DNA of 35,426 nt from contig JAFGND010000034.1 in assembly GCA_016927185.1 (NCBI GenBank), positions 62,001-97,426 of the forward strand. The letters are read 5' to 3'. Below the pieces are notes generated by a model. It searched no databases and was not told the origin of the DNA. It was given only the letters and a program-made list of their open reading frames with translations. Origin of the DNA: Candidatus Coatesbacteria bacterium. GTDB lineage: Bacteria > JAFGND01. Made by a program: the position numbers and the translations under genes. Shown piece after piece: positions 18,570 to 25,996 of the stretch. Every line of letters begins with the position of its first letter. Position 1 is the stretch's first letter.

Positions 18570-20861
18570 ATGAAAAATGAAGAGATGGGTAGACGAAAAA
18601 ATCTACCCTTTCTTTCGAAACCATCATTATTGATGGAAATTCTTTCTGTCTGTCTGCTATTCATGTCTGCAGTAGGATACAAGATCTATTTACAGAGCAC
18701 AAATCCCAGACTGAGAAATAATGGTGTTAACTTGTTTTTTTCAGAATCTGCAATTCAGTATTATTATGCAAAGCAAATTTCTGAAGGGAAAAAACTAGAT
18801 GAGATAGATAAGAAAGCTCAATTTCCAGAAGGTTTCCCTGTTGCTGAATCACTGACTCTGGGGATTGAGTACATTACAGGTTTATCATATAGACTGATGG
18901 GTTTAGGATATTTACCATTCCATAGATTCCTCCTTTTCATGATTTGCATATATAGCAGTTTATCTGTTTTTGTGTTCTTCTATTGCTGCAAAACTGTCTA
19001 TTCATCATATCCACTATCCATGCTTTTAACGATATTCTATATTGTATTTCCACCAGTTTATCAGAGAACTATTGGTAATTTCCTGAAGGAGGATCTTGCA
19101 ATCCCGTTCTTGTTTCTCTGGTTTCTTGGACAGCTTCTATCAAGCAGAAATCTGAGATTATCCTTGATTTTTTCAATAATCGGTCTAAGCGGAGCTCTTC
19201 TTTTCTGGCATGTAAGTCCTTTTTTCATATACATTGCACTAACAGTATATCTTGTTAAATATGTAATTGAAGAAAACAAGGATATTGTTTTCAAGATGTC
19301 TATATTGCATTTCATTATCATAATTTTCATATCAATTATTTCCAAGCCTAACATGAAGGCAGAGCTTTATTTGTCACCTGTTGTATTCGCATTCGGATTG
19401 ATTCCCCTGACTTTGATACTTAACAGGAAAATAATAAGGAAAAATAGCAGGTTCTTTTATATTTCTTCTGCATTCCTGATATTGCTTATCTCTTTTGTTT
19501 TATCCAAAATGACAAGAAGCAATCCAGAAACCTACAGCCATGTCATAGAGTTCCTCCTGGCAAAAATCCGTCATTTGGGAAGTAAACCATCTGATCCATC
19601 CTTGCTTAGCTTTAATGCCAGATTGTTATGGTTAACTCCTTTCATTGCACCATCATTAAAGAACCTGATTGTCTTCTGGACAATACCTGTTGCATCCTTT
19701 TTTCTTGGATTAAGATATCTACTTAAAAACTACGATTATAATATAAAAATCTGGCTGTTTATACCTGCACTGATATGCTTTGCTGGATTCATTACTATTT
19801 CAAGACTTGCTCCTTTGTCTGCCTTCCTCCTTGTTTTGATTATAGGGAATCTCATTTTAGCATATCCTGCATACAGGAAGATAATCCTTTCAGTCTTGTT
19901 GATTGTTTTCTCATTCAATCTGTTTGCTTTTTTCAAACTCAATCTTGAAAAACCAGCTGAACATGGTTTATATATGCAGAATGATGATATTACAGATGTA
20001 ATAAATTTCTTCAAGGAAAATACTGAAGAAAATGAGGCAATACTCGGAAGATTCTCGACATCAGCTTCTTTTCTTGCTTATGCAGATAAATCAATAGTTC
20101 TTCAGCCAAAATTTGAAAACAGGATTATCAAATCAAAGGTAATGGAATATTACAAAGCATTTTTCGAACCTGAAGAAGTGATGTTCAGTCTTTGCAGCAA
20201 AAACGGGATAAAATATATAGTTTATGAAGCAAATATGTTGCTTTCAAGTGATGAAAACTCTTTCAGGTATCTTTGTAATGGACTAAATATTCCAAGAAAT
20301 TCGCTTATCAGATATTTTCATTTTAATCCTTCAGGATTGAGACACTTCAGATTGATTTATGAAAATTTCTTCTTCAGGATTTTCGAATGCGGGGATAAAT
20401 TTAATTTCAAGGAATTCAATCTATGCAATATCATATATTCAAAAGAAATTTGGGGTATCAATGATTTCAATGATGAACTTGATAATGAATATATTAACAC
20501 TCAGATAAATAAATACATGAAAGCAGTGAAAATGAATAATGAAGCCATGAAAAGCATTGGGAAAAAAGAATACGGAATTGCTGAAAGGCAGTTAGAAGAA
20601 GCTAATCACCTGTTCCAGTATCTTGATAAAACCCAAGGAAATCTGGCTATGCTATATTATAAATCAGGAAGAAAAGAAAAGGCAGTCAAGATTCTGGAAA
20701 AACTTGCAGAACAATATCCTGCCAATTATCAAGCATTATTGTTTTTAGAACAGATTTACAGGGATATAAACAGTCAGGATAAAGTCAAAATAATAGAGGA
20801 AAAAAGAAAAAAAATTCGTTCTTTACTTTTTTTCAGGAAAAACAGAATTGTCTTTAATTAA
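18570..20861 (+). CDS. GT-C fold membrane glycosyltransferase resembling DPY19 C-mannosyltransferases, with C-terminal TPR repeats
   Basis: About 13 hydrophobic segments, a soluble C-terminal domain and a TPR-like tail, with a motif series colinear with DPY19 (see findings). No STT3 WWDYG motif. The true start may be ATG 18633, after the hairpin. Confidence 0.75.
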   Translation: MKNEEMGRRKNLPFLSKPSLLMEILSVCLLFMSAVGYKIYLQSTNPRLRNNGVNLFFSESAIQYYYAKQISEGKKLDEIDKKAQFPEGFPVAESLTLGIEYITGLSYRLMGLGYLPFHRFLLFMICIYSSLSVFVFFYCCKTVYSSYPLSMLLTIFYIVFPPVYQRTIGNFLKEDLAIPFLFLWFLGQLLSSRNLRLSLIFSIIGLSGALLFWHVSPFFIYIALTVYLVKYVIEENKDIVFKMSILHFIIIIFISIISKPNMKAELYLSPVVFAFGLIPLTLILNRKIIRKNSRFFYISSAFLILLISFVLSKMTRSNPETYSHVIEFLLAKIRHLGSKPSDPSLLSFNARLLWLTPFIAPSLKNLIVFWTIPVASFFLGLRYLLKNYDYNIKIWLFIPALICFAGFITISRLAPLSAFLLVLIIGNLILAYPAYRKIILSVLLIVFSFNLFAFFKLNLEKPAEHGLYMQNDDITDVINFFKENTEENEAILGRFSTSASFLAYADKSIVLQPKFENRIIKSKVMEYYKAFFEPEEVMFSLCSKNGIKYIVYEANMLLSSDENSFRYLCNGLNIPRNSLIRYFHFNPSGLRHFRLIYENFFFRIFECGDKFNFKEFNLCNIIYSKEIWGINDFNDELDNEYINTQINKYMKAVKMNNEAMKSIGKKEYGIAERQLEEANHLFQYLDKTQGNLAMLYYKSGRKEKAVKILEKLAEQYPANYQALLFLEQIYRDINSQDKVKIIEEKRKKIRSLLFFRKNRIVFN
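18587..18615 (+). terminator. Probable intrinsic terminator after the beta-barrel gene
   Basis: GGGTAGA (18587-18593), an 8-nt loop, TCTACCC (18602-18608), then TTTCTTT. Confidence 0.55.
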
Positions 20862-20882
20862 AATAAAAGGAATGATTGTTAA

Positions 20883-21977
20883 ATGACAGTATTATTGAAT
20901 GCCACAATGATAGGTAACAAAAGTGGCACTGGAAGATATTGCATGGGTGTGATAAATGGGTTTTCGACTATTAGTGGCAGAAACAAGGATGTCTATGAGG
21001 AATTAATCTTTTTCATTCCTGATGGTTTTACCGTAAAGAATCTCAAATGCAGGGAAATAAATGTAAGCGACAGCCATATAAGCAGAATAATGTGGGAACA
21101 AACAACACTTCAGCTTAACAGTTCGTCTTCAACGATAATACATGGATTATCATTCACTTTGCCAATTTTTTACAGCGGAAAAGGCGTATTAACAGTTCAT
21201 GATATGGCTTATAAACGCTATCCAGAAACATTGTTAAAGAGAAAAAGAATGTATTACAATTTTGTAATAGACAGATCAATAAGATCTGCTGATATTATTA
21301 TAGCTATTACTGAGTTTACTGCAGCTGAGATCAGCCACTTTTTTCCTGATGTAAGGAGCAAGATAAAAGTAATATATCCTGGAGGAGGTTTCCTGCCAAA
21401 TGTAACCAAGGAAGAATCTGAAGAAACTAAAATACTTTATAAATTGAATAATCCTTATTATTTGACTGTAGGTACTCTAGAGCCAAGAAAAAATCTGGAA
21501 TTCATGCTTTCTTCATATAGAAGCTACTTGAAAGAAGGTGGGGAAATAGATCTTGTTATTGTTGGAAGAAGAGGATGGCTTGATTCCAATATATTTGAAC
21601 CTTACCAGGATATCATAAATCAGAACAAGTTGCATTTGCTTGGTTACCTTTCTGACAAGGAGCTTGCTTCCTTATATGCTGAATCTCAGGCTCTGGTTTT
21701 CCCATCAAAGTATGAAGGTTTTGGTTTGCCTCTGCTTGAATGCTGGCAAATGGGAACTGCTGCAATAATCCCCAATGCTCACGCTCTTGCTGAGATAGGA
21801 AGAAAGGCTGCCTTGTATTTTGAACCTGGTAATGAAGAATCTCTCGCAGAATGCCTTACACAACTTGAAGACCCAGTTGATTTGAATATCTATGAAGAGA
21901 GGGGCAAGGAAAGGGCAAAAGATTTTTCCTGGGAGAAATGTGCAGCTGAACTCTGGGAAACATACAAATCCTTATAA
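20883..21977 (+). CDS. GT4 family glycosyltransferase (MtfB/WbdB-like subgroup)
   Basis: GTGRY, TVHDMA, VGTLEPRKN, the EX7E motif FPSKYEGFGLPLLE, and FSWEKCA. Confidence 0.92.
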   Translation: MTVLLNATMIGNKSGTGRYCMGVINGFSTISGRNKDVYEELIFFIPDGFTVKNLKCREINVSDSHISRIMWEQTTLQLNSSSSTIIHGLSFTLPIFYSGKGVLTVHDMAYKRYPETLLKRKRMYYNFVIDRSIRSADIIIAITEFTAAEISHFFPDVRSKIKVIYPGGGFLPNVTKEESEETKILYKLNNPYYLTVGTLEPRKNLEFMLSSYRSYLKEGGEIDLVIVGRRGWLDSNIFEPYQDIINQNKLHLLGYLSDKELASLYAESQALVFPSKYEGFGLPLLECWQMGTAAIIPNAHALAEIGRKAALYFEPGNEESLAECLTQLEDPVDLNIYEERGKERAKDFSWEKCAAELWETYKSL

Positions 21978-21981
21978 AATC

Positions 21982-22413
21982 ATGTATAAAAAATCACTAC
22001 TTCTTCTTCTATCAATAAACCTTATTGCCTGCAAATGCATATTACCGGATCCTGTTATCACTAGATATGGTGTAAAGAATGATTTGAAAATGTTCCCCCA
22101 GGATAATCCAAGAATGACTTTACGTTCAATAATAAAGGCAATAGAACTTAAGAGATTTGACTATCTTCTTGCTCACTTGATATATCCTGACCTTATCAAG
22201 ATTGAATTAGGTTCAGATTCTTTTGAAAATCTTGTTTTGCATACAAGAGAGAATTTTACAAGTGGCAAGAAAAACGCAGACAAACTCAGGGAATTTCTAA
22301 AGGACGGAATACTTGTTTATTTTGGCAGACAGGCAGCAGTTATAAGATTGCAGGATGGGAGTCAAATTCAGTTCATGGAAGAGGATGACTTATGGTACAT
22401 GAACAGGCACTGA
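21982..22413 (+). CDS. Putative lipoprotein, unknown function
   Basis: ATG 21982 gives MYKKSLLLLLSINLIA-C (lipobox-like) and removes the overlap with the GT4 gene. Confidence 0.65.
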   Translation: MYKKSLLLLLSINLIACKCILPDPVITRYGVKNDLKMFPQDNPRMTLRSIIKAIELKRFDYLLAHLIYPDLIKIELGSDSFENLVLHTRENFTSGKKNADKLREFLKDGILVYFGRQAAVIRLQDGSQIQFMEEDDLWYMNRH

Positions 22414-22414
22414 G

Positions 22415-23599
22415 ATGATTTACTCTGTCATCTTTTTCGTTATATTGCTTTTGGGAACTATTCATGCAGATATAGTGCTTCTTGATGATCAGTTTGATAG
22501 CAATGAAAATGCCTGGCAAATAGATAACAAATATTCCATGATAAATGATGGAAATCTCATTATAAAGAGTGACTTGAATAGCGAAAAGCATATATATTGT
22601 GAAAGACTTGAATTACCCCGGGATGGAATATCCATAGAAAGCAGTTTTACTAAAATAGCTGGTGATGATTCTACTGTTTACGGGATTATTATTGCTGGAA
22701 AGGACAATAAAGAATTAATTATATTATTCAATGGTAACTGCCAGGTAAAGGCATATTTGAAAACCAGTAATAACCTCAATCTTTTGTTTAAGAAAGATGA
22801 ATCTCTTTTTATTCATCCAGGGAATTCCTCGAATATATTAAAAACAATCTTGAAAAGAGGAGCTCTTGAGATTTACATGAACTCGTTCTTTATAAGCAAG
22901 ATTGATAATATTGAAATATCTCCCCATAAAACCGGGATTTACGCAAGCAACAATATCGAATTGAAGATTAACAATGTAAGAATATGCTCGGAAAAAGAAG
23001 GTTTCCTGATGAGGATTTCAAAAAAACCCTTGCTTATAGAGGATTTTACAGATAACAGGAATAAATGGGACACTTACAAGACTGAGAGAGAGGAAGAAAA
23101 AATCGAAAACGGGTTTTATAAAATCAAATTCAAGCATGATCTTCAAAGAGCTATAAATCCTCAATGCAACTCATTTCAAATGCCTGTCTTGAAACCGATT
23201 TCAATAGAAGCAAATTGCAGACTGATAAGCGGCTCTAATCTGTCAGGTTATGGAATTACTTTCGCAGCCAGGGATGTAGAGAATACTTATTTATTTGAAA
23301 TCAATGGTTCTTCAGATTACCTGATAGCAAAAACAGAAAAAGGTATGTTGAGAATTTTAGTTCCATGGACAAAGAATACGGCAATAAAACCTGACAAAGA
23401 TGAAAACAAGATAACCATAATAATAAACAACAATAAGATACTTTTTTATGTGAATGATAAATTCTTGCATTTACTTGAGGGGTTTTCTCCGCGAGGTGGT
23501 AAAATAGGTTTCAGGGTGAATGGATTTATGGAAATGCATATAGATAAAGTTGTTGTAAGCACTCTTGAATACAGGAATGAAGATATTGATGAAAAATAA
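22415..23599 (+). CDS. Exported protein with two tandem concanavalin-A/DUF1080-like beta-sandwich domains
   Basis: Signal peptide (…GTIHA) and an internal duplication: LLDDQFDSNENAW/LLIEDFTDNRNKW, YGIII/YGITF, LEIYMNSFFI/ILFYVNDKFL. Confidence 0.65.
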   Translation: MIYSVIFFVILLLGTIHADIVLLDDQFDSNENAWQIDNKYSMINDGNLIIKSDLNSEKHIYCERLELPRDGISIESSFTKIAGDDSTVYGIIIAGKDNKELIILFNGNCQVKAYLKTSNNLNLLFKKDESLFIHPGNSSNILKTILKRGALEIYMNSFFISKIDNIEISPHKTGIYASNNIELKINNVRICSEKEGFLMRISKKPLLIEDFTDNRNKWDTYKTEREEEKIENGFYKIKFKHDLQRAINPQCNSFQMPVLKPISIEANCRLISGSNLSGYGITFAARDVENTYLFEINGSSDYLIAKTEKGMLRILVPWTKNTAIKPDKDENKITIIINNNKILFYVNDKFLHLLEGFSPRGGKIGFRVNGFMEMHIDKVVVSTLEYRNEDIDEK

Positions 23600-25166
23600 G
23601 GAAGCTTTTTCACAGAAGATGAATGCATTTCTTTTCTGGTGTCTTGTTTTCATTTTTGTTTTCAGGTGCATATTCCCTGAAAACCTTTTTCCACAGTACT
23701 TTAATAGCAAGCCATCAGAATTCAGCTTCTTGCATCCCTTGTTTTTAGGGGTACATCACTTTGTCGGAATGGTTTTCACTATTATCTTGTTTCTTCTTTT
23801 CATGATTAACTGGTTTGTAACAAGGAAGAAAATTGCAGAACTTCCTCTGGGAAATCTAATTGCAGCTGGACTTGTCTGGTTAATGCTTACTGCTATTGGG
23901 GATATAATTCTTTCATTATCATTTAAACGTTTTGCTTTTTACTTGCTTAATATTGCATTCATGATTTATATCTTGTATTCATATTTCGCAAGAAAAGACA
24001 GAAAGAAACTCAAGTTCTTTTTCATAATCGGAACTATACTGGTAATATCAGTAGTATATTTTACAATAGTATCAGGCCACAATCTTAACAGGGAAATATG
24101 CTTTCAGCAAATATATTATCTAATCATGACTGCAGTGCTTCTTTTCTTTTTAACTCAGCAAATAATCAATAGCCAAAAGAGAATCTCTCTATTCCTTAAG
24201 ATAATTTTGTTCACAGGTGCATTTGTTGCATTACTCGGAATTCTGGAACTGATTTTCAAAAGAAATATTCTATATGAAAAATGGTTCCTCATATATCATG
24301 AGATATATATAAGAAGATCCTCATTGATAGTAATGGATGCAAATTTAAAACCTACAGGATTTTATGGAAGGGTATTCTCTACAATCGGTCATCCAGCCTA
24401 TCTTTCACAATTCCTCATATTCCCCATGTTTATTGGCTTCTATTATCTTCTTAAGGAAGGAGAATGGAAAAAGAAAATTTCATATGCCATTTCAGTGATC
24501 CTTATTCTGTTCTGCATGGGAATAACCCTTACAAGAGCATCATGGCTGGGTAGTCTGGCAGGAATTGCAGGTATAATATTAACTAGCAGATTTTTTATAA
24601 AAAATATAAGGAAGATATATATTTTTGCAGGTTTGATATTATTGTCATGCATAGTATTGCTTTCCATCCCTGTCATAAGAAAACGGGTTTATTCAAGATT
24701 GTTTGTACAGATAGGTACTACCTCAAGAGCTTTTGGACATAGATTTCAGAAATTTGAAAGCGTGAAATCCATAATAAGGCAAAAACCATTTATGGGTTTA
24801 GGATTCGGAATGTATTATTTCAAATATAAGGACTATTTAAGGCAGGATCAGTATTATAAGGATCCTACTCTTGACATAGTTGATAATCAATATCTTGAAT
24901 TGCTGTGCGAAATTGGATTATCAGGAGGAATAATCCTTTTCCTGTGGATTTTATATAATCTGAGTATAATATGGAACTATTCCAGATACAAGAAGGATCT
25001 TCTTCTATCATGTCTTTTCTGGGGATTAGTATCATTTGGTATTTCAGTTGCCATGTTAGGTAGTTTTATAACATGGTCATCATTATTGGCAACCTTCACT
25101 ATATATCTTGGGCTTGCATGGAAGAGGATTTATTACATAGAGAGAAATATCAGTCTAGAAGATTGA
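23589..25166 (+). CDS. O-antigen ligase / Wzy_C family membrane protein
   Basis: Polytopic membrane protein with RVFSTIGHPAYL, TLTRASWLG, P.MGLGFG and NQYLELLCEIG motifs. Confidence 0.8.
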   Translation: MKNKEAFSQKMNAFLFWCLVFIFVFRCIFPENLFPQYFNSKPSEFSFLHPLFLGVHHFVGMVFTIILFLLFMINWFVTRKKIAELPLGNLIAAGLVWLMLTAIGDIILSLSFKRFAFYLLNIAFMIYILYSYFARKDRKKLKFFFIIGTILVISVVYFTIVSGHNLNREICFQQIYYLIMTAVLLFFLTQQIINSQKRISLFLKIILFTGAFVALLGILELIFKRNILYEKWFLIYHEIYIRRSSLIVMDANLKPTGFYGRVFSTIGHPAYLSQFLIFPMFIGFYYLLKEGEWKKKISYAISVILILFCMGITLTRASWLGSLAGIAGIILTSRFFIKNIRKIYIFAGLILLSCIVLLSIPVIRKRVYSRLFVQIGTTSRAFGHRFQKFESVKSIIRQKPFMGLGFGMYYFKYKDYLRQDQYYKDPTLDIVDNQYLELLCEIGLSGGIILFLWILYNLSIIWNYSRYKKDLLLSCLFWGLVSFGISVAMLGSFITWSSLLATFTIYLGLAWKRIYYIERNISLED

Positions 25167-25596
25167 TAGTCTTAAATCCTTCCAGTTTAGCAAGTTTTAT
25201 TAGAGTTGTATTGGAACTTAAAAAATAATCAAGTCCAAGTTTCAAGAGAGGTTTGGCTGATGCCACATGGATTGCTTCCCTTGCTGAAATATCCATTTTT
25301 GTGCCATAAGTTTCAAGCAGATTCATTGCTATTGTGAATATATGATAATCATATTTTATTATATGAAAATTACTCATATCCTCATGGAATAGTTGTAGCT
25401 GCTTTTTTGCCACTGATTCAGTTAATGCATTCCTTCTGATGAGTGAGTAAATCGCTGAGATGAACTCCAGTCTTGCCAATGCTGAAATTGTCAAGGAATC
25501 AGTAGGTTTTATCAAATCATCAAGTTTTGAGGAACCCTGTTCATTATGATATAATTTTATCAATGCAGTTGTTTCAAGAAAAATTCGCCCCATCAT
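25150..25596 (-). CDS. VapC-like PIN domain protein with atypical acidic residues
   Basis: IFLETTALIKLY..E.GS, ISALARLEFISA, EAIHVASA, FLSSN..L...AKLEGF: the overall VapC pattern. Confidence 0.8.
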   Translation of the reverse strand: MMGRIFLETTALIKLYHNEQGSSKLDDLIKPTDSLTISALARLEFISAIYSLIRRNALTESVAKKQLQLFHEDMSNFHIIKYDYHIFTIAMNLLETYGTKMDISAREAIHVASAKPLLKLGLDYFLSSNTTLIKLAKLEGFKTINLLD

Positions 25597-25601
25597 GTCT
25601 C

Positions 25602-25811
25602 CTATTTTAACAATCCTTCATCAGCAATAGATTCAGATACATTACTCAATAATTTCCTGGACTGCACAAAAGAAAATCTCTTTATCTGGGAATCAGACTG
25701 TTCTGGTATTTCATCAAGAAACGTTACAATTACCTTCATTGGTTCACTGAATGCAACCTTCTCTTGTAACACAATCTCACCCTTTTGATAAATACCACGG
25801 ACAGAAAGCAT
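25602..25811 (-). CDS. Putative antitoxin (AF2212/DUF104-like) paired with PIN gene
   Basis: MLSVRGIYQKGEIVLQE..KVIVTFL beta-rich N-terminus. SD AAGGAGGG precedes ATG 25811, and the gene ends 5 nt upstream of the PIN gene. Confidence 0.7.
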   Translation of the reverse strand: MLSVRGIYQKGEIVLQEKVAFSEPMKVIVTFLDEIPEQSDSQIKRFSFVQSRKLLSNVSESIADEGLLK

Positions 25812-25912
25812 ATTCCCTCCTTTAGATACATTACGGAAATACTTGTCACTATCCAATAGTATAAATTGTCAACTTAAAAAAGAAGTGCAAAAGACAGTTG
25901 TTTTGATTGTCA

Positions 25913-25944
25913 TTCAGAATGCTTATTGATAAAGCTATTCTGAA
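25913..25944. promoter_or_regulatory. Inverted repeat between divergent antitoxin and mnmE genes (possible operator)
   Basis: TTCAGAAT-GCTT...AAGC-T-ATTCTGAA. Confidence 0.35.
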
Positions 25945-25996
25945 ATAACAGTATCTTTTTCTTGCCTAAAGCTTTGTCGAAAAAAAGAATGGTTAC

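Noticed and set aside
18570-20861. STT3/PglB/AglB oligosaccharyltransferase call
   Set aside because: No WWDxG motif in the soluble domain; the motif order fits DPY19 better.
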